NCBI RefSeq assembly: GCF_006345805.1
Contig: NC_042997.1
Coordinates: forward strand, 2,232,001 to 2,296,000
Source: Octopus sinensis
Lineage: Eukaryota
Reading direction: 5' to 3'
DNA length: 64,000 nucleotides
Notes under the pieces: generated by a model
What the model was told of the DNA's origin: nothing
Seen by the model: only the letters and a program-made list of their open reading frames with translations
The model's database searches: none
Position numbers and translations under genes: made by a program
In this document: one piece after another, positions 14,420 to 28,487 of the stretch
Layout: every line of letters starts with the position of its first letter
Position numbering within the stretch: the first letter of the stretch is position 1

Positions 14420-15352
14420 TGCAATGCTCCGTATAAATGATAGCAACGTGTGTATCGAATGAAATTAAAATTCTGGTTTAGGAACAAATCGATGAAGCTA
14501 GGAAAGTTTTAATGTTTTCGGTAACAACATATTCTATCTTCTCATCTAATATTGTAAGAGAGAGAAAATGCTACCCTCTCTTTTGCAAATTAAATTAATT
14601 TTGGCGGTATGGTCTAAACTCCTTGTCTCATTGTCACAATATAAAAGCGTTTATCTTTACTCAATAAAAGGAGGTGGGTCGTAGACGTGTGACGGAGAAT
14701 TATTCAATATCGTGTCTGCGTCTATGAGAATCATTTACCCTTAAAGCGAAAAAAGCGACGTATACGACAGGTATGTAAAGCATATTTCTGTTCATTCCAC
14801 AAGCTGTAAAATTGTTGCGCGCGTGTGCACCCAGACAAGAATATTTGCACATATTTAGCTGTTATTTTTAGGAGTTCATTTTCAGTTTTAGATAACGGGA
14901 TGGTGTGGCAAGGGGTGTGTGGATCAAGTTTGATGTTTTTCATAGAAAATTTGAAGACATTTTTTCCCATATTCTGAATCTACCTATTTTTCCATGCAGG
15001 TTGAAAAAATGTTAAACATTCAAAATTTGAGGGAGCCGGCAATTTAAAATTTTGAAAACAGCTGTTTTGAATATTGGGAATGTCCGTCGTTTAAAACATA
15101 GTAATCCGCTGCAAAACAAAAGTCGGTATAGGCCGTGGGGAGGGATACAGACCCTATAGCGAGAGAGGCCAAAATTTGACCCTTTAGAATCTTCCCCGAG
15201 TACTGAAAAATCTTCATGCCAAATTTGGTACAGATAGATTCAGCGGTTTGGCTGTGCATAGAGGAGACACACTCACACACACACAGACACACATACATTC
15301 ACACACATACACACATAAATACGCACACACACACAGAGTGAATATTTATAGA
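14420..15352 (+). mobile_element. Probable non-autonomous Helitron/Helentron-like element
   Basis: 14470-14600 resembles 12660-12790, which lies next to the helicase fragment. The end region aaatttggtacagatagattcagcggtttgg..(CA)n..atttatagata resembles HINE-type ends (from recall). Confidence 0.35.
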
Positions 15353-16229
15353 TACAAACAGATGTGTGCGTGAGTGTGTTTGTGTATCAGTGTGTGCCTT
15401 CGTCGTGACAAGAAGTATTTTTCATAGTTCTCGTCTCTCAGTAGCCGAAGAAACAGATTTCAACTCAAACCAGCAGTAAGTTTTATGTTATTAGGACCTT
15501 CGAATTCTGCTATTTATTAATATGGGAGCATAAATTTACATAAGTCAATATACAACAAGGAGAAACAAATATAATCCAGCACTGCCTGCAAAAAAAAATC
15601 TCAAATATTTTCAAGATTATTTGTAAAACTTCACTCCTGTTCGATCGTTTTCACCCAGTGAGGAAACAGGATTTGGAAGCTGTCATTTTGTGCGTGACAA
15701 CACATATTTTGAACACCCTGAAAATAGCAAGTGTTGTCAATATTTGTATTCTTCACGCAGAAAATTAGTAAACAACACGTCTTTTGTAGTTTTCAGTATT
15801 CAATATGCACTTCATGCAATAAACAACACATTGCAAATTAAATATATAAAAAAAATTAAGCTTTCAATATATATTTCATGCGATAAACAGCACAACAGCG
15901 TCACGTCAATAAGTGCTTTCAATATATTTGTCAATACGTGTTTTTTCGCAGACAAAAGAGTTCTCGTGTTCGGTTTATAGGAACAGGTGTCTGTGGTTTA
16001 CGATTGACTAAAATTATCCAAAATTTTCAAACTTTAATAGCTAATAAATTTTCATTTATTGATTTATAGCGAAAATGATTTTCATGGCAATGATTAACCT
16101 ATAAAGTATATTAATGTGAATATGAAATCAATTCAAACAGAAACTGAAATTGGCAGCCAAACGGAAAGGATCCTCAACACAATCACTCTTACGTTCATAC
16201 ATTAAATCGGCAGTAACTCACATAGAGTG

Positions 16230-17170
16230 TATAATACCGTTCTGTCGACTGAATATGGCCAGTAATATCTTAAACGTCACTGGGTAGAAAAAGAAATTCG
16301 TGCATCGATAAGCGCTTGGTACGCTCATCATAACGATAGTGTAAAAGCTAATGGTTAATGTAAAATCGCCGTAAAATTAGCGTCACAGTCCATTTACAGG
16401 TTTGAGAAGCAGATCGAAAACCAAATAAAAAGAAATCACAAGATCATTTCATATCGTACATGCACACGCAGAAACACTACAATGGATGTAATGTACAAAT
16501 CGATGCCAATAGGTCAGGGGTCACCACAACGACCCGTTAGCAAACAACATTCTCTTTGGTATCGCTATCTGAACTAATTCAACCCAACACTATCGTGGCA
16601 ATCCAGGATTCTCTACCACTTCAACAGCCTGCTACTACTACTTCATTAGGACCATCTTCTATGGAAACGCTATCTGACCTAATTCCACCTGTTCGAAGCC
16701 AAGATTCACTACCGCTTCAACAACAAAAACAATAATCCGCTATTACTACTATAATAGGAACACTGACCAATTAGCCTGTCAATATAAAAAAAAAACTATT
16801 ATATGCCCAAGTCAAAAAGTCTGTATTCACAATTCTCAAGGTAACATTTGGCACCAACTGAAAGGGACACTGCCCTTAATTCCATGTAACTTATTCCGTA
16901 GACTTGTGAAGGGCACTTGTCCACATGGTGTAACTCAAAAAACTGCTTTCTCTTTCACTCCAAATACAGTCCGAAATACAGAGTACATGGCCCTGATCCT
17001 AAATATGGATTCGCAAAAGGCAACGGATGCACCTTCTTCCATCTGTGTCAAAATTCTGTCATTAAGGAATTGCCTGAAACTGGAATGAACCGACTATCAT
17101 CCCAAATATAAATAAACAACAACAAAGAATTGCAACAACAGCACTGTATAAAACAAGTCCATTTTTATTA
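16230..17170 (+). mobile_element. Probable LINE ORF1 remnant with tandem CCCH-like zinc fingers
   Basis: Frameshifted KGTCPHGVTQK / NCFLFHSKYSPKYRVHGPDPKYGFAKGNGCTFFHLCQNS. The left boundary is uncertain. Confidence 0.45.
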
Positions 17171-17219
17171 TTATTGTTATGATTCTTCTTCTTCTTCTTC
17201 TTCTTCTTCTCTTCTTCTT

Positions 17220-17303
<84 letters not shown>

Positions 17304-18129
17304 GGTGAAAAGAAATTATGATTGACTATAGGATACAACTCCGCTGGTTGTCTTAAAAACTGGTTTTCTTAAAGTTCTTACACTTATCATAGATATCTTC
17401 ATCATATGGACACATTCAACAAAGAATCTTAAGCTTATGACCATAAGAGGTTTAAGTATAAAACTCTTATGTGCTCTTATTTAGATATTCAACAGTTAAT
17501 CGGATACATAATTTGCGCTTTCATTAAAAACTAAGTGTAGTAATTTAGCTAATCCATGATTTCAATGCAACGGATAATTGACATATTTTGCACAATAACC
17601 ATTGGAACATTATCGCTTGTATATACTCAGGAAAATAATAACACTAAATATCATGTATGATAATTTTTTTAATTATTGAGTTTATTTTCTGACAAAATGA
17701 AAAGGATATCTAATAGTAACCGCAGGTGTCTCTAAATGAAAAGATATGAAATGAAGTGTCGAAAATCATCAACTCCACCAGAATGCCATGAAGGAAACAG
17801 AATGTGGTTTTATTTTCGGGAAACAAGATAATAGCTGTTGGTTCTGCTTTGCTTCAATATACGTCAACAGAACAGCCTTATCTCAGCTTTACTTTTGTTG
17901 TACAAAGACGCAGAGAACATGAATGCATTTTCTCGTACATCTACAGCATGGTTATATACATAAATGAAAACATGCCCAGTGAGAAGAAGCTGTACCGCAA
18001 GGACGGTAAAAATTGTACTTAATTCAATACAAGATAAATCATTAATTTATCAGAAATACTCTCAATGCAAGTGAAGGCAAAAAGAACAACTAGCTGAAAT
18101 TGAACATGACTCCAAATTAGAAAGATGAT

Positions 18130-18861
18130 TAAATATAAAGAGCAGAGAGGACGGACGTTTTTGAAATGGTTTTTACTCAGCCCTTGGAGGAATTTCATAT
18201 TCGGACAGGTACCATTTGGCCCTTGGTGCCTTAGCATTTTTCTTTTTTTTATTAGGTGAAGCCATGATACTATGAATGATAAAGAATCGCGTTTGCCTAC
18301 GACAGTTATGTGAAGAATAACGAGTCCGTGACAGCAGTTCACCGTGAGTTTCGGCGCCACTTCAACATTCCCCGAAATCAGGCTGTTCCCTTTCGTAATA
18401 CAATTTTACGTTGGATGAATGCGCTTCGTACATGAGGTACAGTAGGCAAGTGGAAGCGCCACAAACGGTACGGAGACCGAAAAATGTGGAACACGTCAGA
18501 CAAACTTTGATACGGAGTCCGAATTGTTCTACTCGGAGGCATTCCACTGAAGTTGGCATCGGTAATCGATCGGTAAGGCGTATTTTGCATGGCGACCTAC
18601 ATTTCCACCCGTACAAAATGGTCTCTGACCAACAGTTGAAAGCATGGGACTATGCACGAGCAATGCACGAGAGAGTGGAAGCCAACTTACAAGAAAACCT
18701 TCAGAAATGCATCAATGAAAACAGACACCACATGATGGATGGTCTTTCCCACTCTTAATTTTGGCAACTGCTAATTCAATAAAGCACATTAAGGTCGACA
18801 AAAATTGTTTGCAGATAACATTAATGATTTTGTAAATTACCCGTCCTTTGTGCCCCACACT

Positions 18862-18864
<3 letters not shown>
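18130..18864 (+). mobile_element. Internally deleted Tc1/mariner-superfamily element (DUF4817-type HTH N-terminus)
   Basis: AFAYDSYVKNNESVTAVHREFRRHFNIPRNQAVPFRNTILRWM, then RSPNCSTRRHS...RRILHGDLHFHPYK joined to the C-terminal LQKCINENRHH. The right end is ...cacactgTA. Confidence 0.8.
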
Positions 18865-18889
<25 letters not shown>

Positions 18890-18893
<4 letters not shown>

Positions 18894-19090
18894 GCTTTAT
18901 CAAAAAGCAGCAAAATATCACAAAATCTGTTACTCAGTTTCACGTTCCCGTTTGTCGGACGGTTTTTGTTTCCTAACGTGAAACCCTGAGTGATATATTT
19001 GCTGCTTTTTAATAAAGCATTTGACTCTACCTCTAGTATTCGGGTGCGATCTTTTCCACCTTGTTTCGCATGTATGTGCTTACTCTTGTA
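18890..19090. mobile_element. Head-to-head pLTR-like unit, same family as the 59337 hammerhead repeat
   Basis: atgctttatcaaaaagcagcaaaatatcac is inverted relative to gtgatatatttgctgctttttaataaagcat. The minus strand reads ccgt-CCGACAA-ACG-ggaa-CGT-GAAACTGAGTA-ACAG (decayed core). (TA)n on both sides. Confidence 0.7.
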
Positions 19091-19109
19091 TATATATATA
19101 TATATACAC

Positions 19110-19500
19110 CATGGATATCATTTGACATATGAAGATCATTTACAATTGACCACATTGATTTCTGGGGATACTAATCCATAGTCTGTTGAGCTTACTGGAT
19201 AAATTCAGGTGTTGGGATTATTTCAGAGCGTTAAGGACGCTTTTTATGCTTTGATATTAGTGATACGTTTCCATATTCAGTCTCTAGCTCCTTGCAAAAT
19301 TTGTAGACGATGGATCTGGAAACTTTTGAAAATCAAGATATTTCTAAATCGCTATGCTCAGCCTTTATAACCACAATAACGGCAGGTCTCTTCATTTCTT
19401 GAGTAAGCTGAGTGTCTACCATCATTATTTTCTGAAACAAAAATGATTAGGTGTTAGCAAAAAATGGAGCAAGGAAACCCAAAAGTTATGTCGTTAAATA
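19110..19500 (-). mobile_element. Tc1/mariner-superfamily (maT/DD37D-like) transposase N-terminal remnant
   Basis: Minus strand LTQEMKRPAVIVVIKAEHSDLEIS*FSKVSRSIVYK...RSEIIPTPEFIQ. Confidence 0.55.
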
Positions 19501-20089
19501 GCTACGTACCCTATTTATAATATCATATTTACAATTAAAGAATTAAGGTTTAGAAAGTAGGCGTTAAATGCAGGATCCAAATACTGCTGGAGGTTAAGCA
19601 TCAGGTAGTGTGCCTGCAGAGCCACGCATGGCTTCCACGCTTTATCAGCGATACTGTGCGTTCATCGTTGGAACTACGTCCGGAATTCCGAGGTGCAGGT
19701 GGGGTATATTTTATATGCTTAATACGGAGGACGGGATGTAACTAGAAGATTTTTTAGCTTAACAGTCGTTCCGGCTTCATTCTGCACTGCTACTTAGTCG
19801 GCGTGGAACGATGTAATCACACCACATGTAATGCATAGTGCAAAAGTGCTTTATCAGATAACGTAAGGCTCTTCACAAGTTACTAGATTTACATACATAC
19901 ATACATGCATAAATACATATACAAACATATAAATGAGTGTATTTGTATACACACATATATGTATCGATATGATAAACGTATTTCCACACACACACACACA
20001 CGCACACACACGCACACACACATACGTACGCATATACACAAACACTCATGTTCACATATTTAAATACATGCTGTTACTTCCGTAACATT

Positions 20090-21270
20090 TTGATTTATAA
20101 TCTAATAGAATTCTCATATTATAGGGCTATTCGAAAATTTTCCGTGAAGATTTCAAAAATTTTTCGAGAAAATTTTCTGTGAAAATTTTACAAAAATTTT
20201 TGGGTAAAATTTTCGTAAAATTTTCACCGAAAATTTTCTCGAAAAGTTTATCGATAATTTTCACGGAAAATTTTCGAATAGCCCTATAATATGAGAATTG
20301 TATTAGATTATAAATCAAATTTTTGGAAAATTTTCACCGAAACTTTTCTCGAAAAATTTTTCGATAATTTTCACGGAAAATTTTCCCCGAAAATTTTTGC
20401 CATACTTTGTGATTTTGGCACCGCTGGTTTTCCATACTTTATGATTTTGGCACAGCTGGCCTTCCATACTTTGTGATTTTGGCACCGCTGGCCTTCCATA
20501 CTTTGTGATTTTGGCACCGCTGGTTTTCCATACTTTGTGATTTTGGCACAGCTGGCCTTCCATACTTTGTGATGTTGGCACCGCTGGCCTTCCATACTTT
20601 TTCCAAAATTTTCACCGAAAATTTTACTCAAAAATTTTTACAAAATTTTCCCCAAAAATTTTTCGAAAATTTTCGCCGAAAACTTTCCCCAAAAATTTGT
20701 GATTTTTCGAAAATTTTTGCCATACTTTGTGATTTTGGCACCGGTGGCTTTCCATACTTTGTGATTTTGGCACCGCTGGCTTTCCATACTTTGTGATTTT
20801 TGCACCGTTGGCCTTGCATACTTTGTGATTTTGGCACAGTTGGCCTTCCATACTTTGTGATTTTGGCACCGCTGGCCTTCCATACTTTATGATTTTGGCA
20901 CCGCTGGCCTTCCATACTTTTTCCAAAATTTTCACCGAAAATTTTACCCAAATATTTTTCTCGAAAAATTTTTCGATAAGTTTTACGGAAAATTTTCGAA
21001 AAATTTTTGGGGATAATTTTACCCAAAAATTTTTGTAAAATTTTCACCAAAACTTTTCTCGAAAAATTTTACGATAATTTACACGGAAAATTTTCCCCAA
21101 AAATTTTTCCAAAATTTTCACCGAAAATTTTCCACGAAAATATTTTGAAAATCTCCACCGAAAATCTTCCCCCAAAATTTTTGGAAAATTTTCACCGAAA
21201 ATTTTCCCCCAAAATTTTTTGGAAATATCCAACGAAAATTTTCCCCAAAAATTTTTGGAAAATTTTCAAA
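20090..21270. repeat. Composite satellite: inverted repeat + GAAAATTTTC-rich DNA + two 32-bp tandem arrays
   Basis: Inverted repeat 20090-20150 / 20260-20320. The unit ccatactttgtgattttggcaccgctggcctt occurs ~6 times at 20400-20600 and ~6 times at 20720-20920. Confidence 0.9.
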
Positions 21271-21649
21271 GAAGCAGACGAGTGTTATAACTAAACATGA
21301 TGAAACATGACGAAACAGACAGCTAAAAGTGAGAAAAGCAAGAGAAAGAATATTAAAAATCAATTTGTTTTAGAAATATATCAGATTCAGTTCAAGACTA
21401 TCAACGGAAAAAATATGCCTGAATATTCTAATTGTGAAAAATTCAATTTTCATGCTAGGTTTGAATGTTGCATATAGCTTAATTGTTCATAAACAGATTT
21501 GTCCAAAATTTTGGAAATATTTTTGTGAAAATTTTCGAAAACCTTTTGGGTAAAAAGCGCAGAAATTTCTAAGCATTGAAGAATTAATCAGTTGTGAAAA
21601 TCAACTCTCAGTTAACATGTAGATCACTAGTATTATAGCTGTGACAATA

Positions 21650-22650
21650 CAGAAAAATTGAATCACCTATCACAGATCGAAGAATTCGGTGAATCAAGAG
21701 CGGTATCGATTCTGGAAAAGGGCGAAGGATTATCTCTAAGTGAAGAACAGATAACTATGTTTTCAGATATAATTGTTACATATAATTGTTACATCGAAAT
21801 TGCTAGATATAATTGTTACATCGAAATAAAAACAGCTGCTATTCCTACCGAGTAATAAGATAGCATGTTAAATACATTTGTGAAGAAAGCAGCGGATTTT
21901 TCTACTGAGATGTTCCCGGAGAATACCTATCTCAATTGAAGTGCCAACAACTCAAAAGATAAGTAATAACAAAATTCAAATGATTTCACCATTTCCATTA
22001 TCAAATCTGCTTAAAAGTACGATTACCACTCAGAATGCTTGCGTAACCAGTCACCTCTCAAGCATGGATGTTAGTGTCACTACTTCTTGCCAAATTAAAA
22101 ATTCTATTGTTCATACCATGATGAGCCTGAGATCCACAGATCTATCTATAAGAACCGGTGTTAATCCTATAGTCCCGAACAGGATTGCACTGTCAATATG
22201 AATATTACAGAGTGATAGTTTCTTGTTTGTCCTGGAAAATAAACGCGATGCTAAATTCACCCACGTGTGTTTTGATGAAGAATTTAAACGGCACTCAAGT
22301 AATAATGACAAAGGCAACAAACAATTAATATTGGTCCCACTATAATCATGGGACATAGTAATGAAGTTGGTCAGGATATGTATTAATATTTGGTCGTCAT
22401 AGGAGAAAAGTTTATCGGACTCGGATATTTTGTGTTTGCTATGCAAGCACCGGAGGCCTATATTTAATGTCTAATAAACAAGAATTATGAATATGCTTCT
22501 CAACTTTCAGGTCGTGATAAGAAATATGTCATACTAGTGAGGATTAAACCGCCCATATTACTGACAGACCCCAAAAAATATACTTGAGGTGCTATTTTTC
22601 TAAGAGGTATGACATTAATCTGAAAAACACTGCAGTCGTATCTGTTGGAA
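21650..22650 (+). mobile_element. Possible very decayed L2/Rex-like RT remnant
   Basis: Faint motifs only (ISPFPLSNLLKS; Y*YLVVIGEK resembling YKYLGVIIDEK). Confidence 0.25.
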
Positions 22651-23949
22651 GTATTGCAAAGATGCTAATGCGTATCAGATACTGAATATTCTGAAGCCCT
22701 TTAAAATAATGAATACCGGTGGAATATTCCAGGAAAAATCATTCCGAGTGTACACACAACAAACGAGATATTTCTCTATTGAAAGTGAGCAAATGTTATG
22801 AACTGTTTGACGTATAAGTTATTCAATAAATTTGCATATATCGTCAAAATTATGGAGAAGTTGAAAGTTTATGGAGAACGAAGGAGAAAAGTGCACTGCT
22901 TACTCCCATTCTTTTTATTTGTATTTGTACTTACTATACTTAGCTGTATATCAACATCAACATAATTATATAAAAGTATAGAACGGTTGTGTTTCATCAA
23001 AAGCAAAAACAAAAACCTTGCAAAGTTTATAGCAGCTTACACCTAGCAGCTCCTGAGAAAATAACATGCACTTAATCACATACATGTATGAAACATGGGT
23101 GTTTCATGGGCCTAAATTGTAATGTCAAACAAATGTTTATGGGAAAATGTGACCTGCAAACATTGCAATACATGAGTGCAATTTTATTTACACAAAGGCA
23201 CGAGACGAGGTGAGCCCTATTATAACTATCCACAGCCTCAAGTGATTTGACATAAACATATAAGCATTGTTAGTAACACGATCAAATTCTACACAAAATA
23301 AAAACATGCTAAACTTGAATATCCCTACGTACATGTATGCATGTGTGTGTGCGAGTGTGTGCGCATGTGTACGAATGTTGTATGTGCGTACGCGTGCGTG
23401 TACGTGTTTATATATATAGGCGTGTGTTTTTATGTAGAAATATATATATATGCCTATATCATTAAATTGCATGTGGTTTTAAACAAGGAATGAATATGGA
23501 AAAATTCCATAGAAATTACATATGACTTTTTTGCCTACACCACAAAACACAAAAAGTTGTATACTGAAAGCTTTTTCTATTCAAAGGGCTCGAAGAGCGT
23601 GTGGCTCTTTATTTTTCCTTGTTCCAATATATTGATTGATATATGCCAATCTCACATTAAAAATACGTGTACCAGTATAATTCCAGTTGAACTCTGATGC
23701 AAAAACATTTATTCTGTGAAAATACATCGTTATAACTTTGAGAACTTTCATAGTCTTCGGCCAGTATAGACCCGGGCCATGTCTATCTTAATAGAACTGT
23801 CTGGTGAAGTCTTTTACTCATATATGGGGCTATTATTCATACATAAAATGTGATAGAATAAAATTATTCCCCAGTTGCTTTCGTTACACAATATGTGTGC
23901 ATGTATGTTTGTATGTATATATATATATAATATATATATATATAATATA

Positions 23950-24550
23950 TATACAAAATTAGAAAATGGAGAAACATACTTAAATCAATCAATCATCAAC
24001 CATCAGATAATACCCAATCAACACTTTATTACACCATTATATAACAGCAAATACATTATACATAATATATTGTAAATATAGCTAGACATCGAAATATAAA
24101 TATAAATTACAATTAATCATATCTGACAGCTGTTTCGGCCGTGAGGACATGTCTCATTTAACCTATTAGCCACATAAAGCAGGTATAAATGAGACATTAA
24201 CAAGTATGTCCCACGGCCTCTTCAGATAATTAATATAAGTGTGAAAAAAATTTACATATAAATATAAAAATATAAAATACAAAAATGTGTGCATAGACAC
24301 TCATAATTCTACACATATATATATACATACATATACACATTAATACAATAATACAATATAAACAAAATATATCAGTATACATTAACAAACACAGTTATTT
24401 TCCATATTGGACTCCTAGTTCCATAACTAACATCAAGGAAATACATATACACTCACATTTAAATTTAAAGCAGCCATATATATATAAAAAAAACAGTTCA
24501 GTTCATTAAAATGTGTAACCCTACAAAAAGTCAATAAAATTAATATCAAT

Positions 24551-24610
<60 letters not shown>

Positions 24611-26450
24611 TAATAATAATAACAACCATGAATGTACCAAGTACAGCAAGCGGACATCTACATATCAATAAGTCTAATTCATCTGTCCGCTTGATATTGA
24701 TTATTCTAGATTGATTCGATTGGCTTATAGTTTTAAATTTGAATCACAACGGAAATGTTACGGTTAGTTAGTCAAGAAACGCACATACGCACACGCACAT
24801 CCACAGATCCAGCGCACATACATAATTGTATTTATACACACACACATACACCCATACACATACATAGCCACATACACAGCCAAATCATAAATAAATAAAT
24901 AAATAATATAAGAGGTATAATCTTAACTAAATACATGGAAAAACAGAGAAACCCAATCGATTGCACTTACATGCATGCAGACATCCAGCACCCCCAAAAC
25001 GACATCAAGGCCGCGGTATTAACTAAGAAGATCCACTCACATATTTCCATAAAACATTAATTGCAAAGATACATATAATTATATCAAGACATAGAATGTA
25101 ATTTTTCATAAGGTACATAATTCATATGACACCGTATTTTCCGTAGCCATAGTAAACTATAATTAAACATCTACTAATTTAGCCGCTATATGTTATGTTC
25201 AAACGTACGCTAAATTATAAAGTATAGATTAAACATTTCCGTTTGACTATCAAAAGACATAGAAATATACATATACTAAGTTGACATCGGTTTATAATAA
25301 TTAAATTATAAGAGATTAATTGTAAGAAGTCAAAATACGCTAATATTCCAGGATATATAAACAAACAAAATAACTCCTTATAGCATAAATAGATATCATC
25401 TCTACGTAATAAATCCAATGTTATTATAATACTAATATTTATCTATCGAAACCCTTACCAACGAACTAATAGAAATTACACTCACATCTACATGCCCATA
25501 AGTATACCCATGTGTAACAACAGACATACACATACACACCATATATTTTCACATGTGACGTGCGTGTAAACATTCATAGTACTTATATATAAATATACTT
25601 TTAAGCATCAGTGGACACATAAATACAAATGTAATAATTAACAGGATTTGGCATTAAATAATATCAGTGGAGGACTTACCAATAAAATGATATATAAATA
25701 AATAACAAAAATTAAATTATTATAAGTTAATAATTGTAATTACTTAAGATTAAAATGTAATAAAATAAAATAAGATTAAATAATTAAAATTAAAATGAGA
25801 ATATAAGTACAAGCTAGTATACATGTATCTATATTTTATTATAATAAATATTGGATATGTATGTATATATCTACAAATAAATAAATAAATAAATAAATGA
25901 ATAAATAAATAGATAAATACCATAGAAAACAAATTAAGATAAATACAAAGGTACACCTAATATATAGTAATGCTAATATGCATATATCCACATATGCATA
26001 AAAGAGTATATAGATAAATAAATAACATAAAATAAAATGAAGATATATATTGAAAAAAGTACATATATAAACTTAGTATACAGGTTACTATTATGTAAAC
26101 ATTTACCTATAGCTAATGAATAAATAAATAAATAGATGAATAACATAATGTACAAACAAGATGAGTACAAATATAGACTAAATATATAAGACTGCTAATA
26201 TGTATAAAGCCAAATGTAAGTAAATGAATAGGTTTATTATTAAATAGCATAAAATACAAATTTAGGTGAGTACAAACATACACTAAATATACAATATATA
26301 AGCCTGCCAAATAAATACCTACAAAAACCCATATATTCAACCAAAACAAACAAAATCCAATATAGACTCTCATTTATTACATATTAGTATTATAGCATCT
26401 AAAACCAGGTATCTAACTATGATACTCATACACACTCAGCAATTTTGGAA
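23950..26450 (-). mobile_element. Probable very decayed Penelope-like element with 3' pLTR hammerhead
   Basis: Hammerhead motif at 24121-24230. Faint RT-like remnants (YYV-[frameshift]-DDI near 25400; FTMATEN near 25150). The element abuts (TA)n. The upper boundary is uncertain. Confidence 0.4.
24121..24230 (-). ncRNA. Hammerhead ribozyme motif with long stem II and palindromic stem III
   Basis: Minus strand: CTGAAGA-GGCCGTGGGACAT...ATGTCCTCACGGCC-GAA-ACAGCTGT-C, giving a GUC triplet. Stem I is imperfect. Confidence 0.7.
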
Positions 26451-26836
26451 AACTCCGAGAATATCATATTACTGTGTATATACCAAAATGTGTATATTCT
26501 TTCTTGCCGCAGTGTATTTCCCTTATAAATCAGGACAAAAAACCAAAACAAAAAACAATTAATACAGGACATAAATATTTATATACATGTGTAGCTACAG
26601 AATTATAAAAAATTATAAATTTATAAATTGCATATTTTAAAATTGTAGATGACTACTAGTATAATAAGATACAGAAGGGAGTTAAAGTATTACTAGTAGA
26701 AAAGCTAAGTTCTATTTAAATCTACAGAAAGTGTACGGTAGTTTATGAATGCAAAAAAAATTCTTTTCATTTATGTTATTAATAATAGGCCTACCCGCTT
26801 TGATAATGAAAAAAAATTCATTAATACATAGAGAGC

Positions 26837-26986
<150 letters not shown>

Positions 26987-27141
26987 CATGGCTCTGTGGT
27001 AGGAAGCTAGATTACCATTCACATGGGTCAGAGTTCAGGCCCACTGCATGCCATCTTGAGCCAAATGTCTTCTATTATAAGCTCGGGCCAACTAAAGACT
27101 TGTGAGTGTATATATATATATATGTATATATATATATTATA

Positions 27142-27184
<43 letters not shown>

Positions 27185-28173
27185 TACATACATACGTACA
27201 CACATACATACATACTTGCATACATATATATGTAATTTATAATTTCGATCAATTTAAATTACATCACATCTGAATCTAAAATATGTGTGAACATATGAAC
27301 ATATTTTGCATAAAATATATTTATATCTTCATATCTACATTTATATGTATCTTATATATATATATAATGTCTTGGTACTTAGTACTTTACACAAGCCCGT
27401 GTACATATGGAAACTGAAGTAGTACTAAGATTTTGCAAATGACGTTGCAATAATAAATGTCAATATTTTAAACGTTTAAAAAATTATATTGAATAAAAAT
27501 AAGTCAATTTACAAAATAAATATATCATATCTGGTTGCTAAATATCAATAAATGACAGCAAATTTCCTGAATACAAATTCCATTAATGTGACACTTTAAA
27601 TTTTGAAAAAAAGCCTTTAAAATACCTGCTTCTATAGATCTAACTCAGGTCGTTTCCATAGTTACCTTGGAAGGAAAATAAATTTTCCCAATGATTAAAA
27701 TTTGTAAATAAGAAAGGCATTTCAATCATTAATTTTTAATGCATTCTACTACATCATGTTCTTTAACACGTATCCTCTGAAACTGAACAGTATAAGTGGA
27801 CGAACATTTAGGACATTCTGAAATAAAACATTATTCTATTGTGAAGACTGCTGAGTTTCAGTCCCACATCAGCATTCCTTCCAAACTTTTGCTAGTTGTG
27901 ACTATTCCAATTTTCACACGATTAAGTTTTAGCACTATAAAACACATTTTTCACATTTACAGACGTGAGAGACCAGTTGATGCTAAAATTATTTAAATGA
28001 TAATTGTAACAATTCATGCAATGTCATAAATGCTCTGTAGTAGTGTTTCGAATATATTCACATCTGTTAGATTTTAATTTATATGGAACACTCAAATCAT
28101 AAGTTTTTTTGTAACGGCAAATTGACAAAGTCATCACACCGTACTTCATGAAAGAAATATTAAACATGGGTGG

Positions 28174-28487
28174 GTCTCGCCTGTTGTGTATATATACATA
28201 TATGAGCCGTCGATTGTGCATCTTTGGCTCGTACAATTTACGGACATACAATGGAGGGATAAACAGATTGAAATCTGACAGACACAGAATAGAGGGATAG
28301 ACAGATTGATATCTGACGGAAAAAATTAGATATCGTACATGTCACACACATTTCTCCGCTGTTGTGTATATCCAATTATATGGGCCGTCGATTGTGCATC
28401 TTTGGCTCGTACAATTTACGGACATAGAATAGAGGGATAAACTGATATCTGACGGAAAAAAATTAGATATCGTTTATGTCACACAAA
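28174..28487. repeat. Local tandem duplication (~180 + ~135 bp)
   Basis: gccgtcgattgtgcatctttggctcgtacaatttacggacata and gatatctgacggaaaaaaattagatatcgt each occur twice. Confidence 0.85.

Noticed and set aside
20400-20920. 32-bp repeats as a CRISPR array
   Set aside because: The units are directly adjacent with no unique spacers, there are no cas genes, and the context is eukaryotic.
20315-21363. Overlapping ORFs with repeated KITKYG/QNHKVW peptides
   Set aside because: These are translations of the 32-bp satellite and A4T4 DNA, open in several frames on both strands, with no coding signature.
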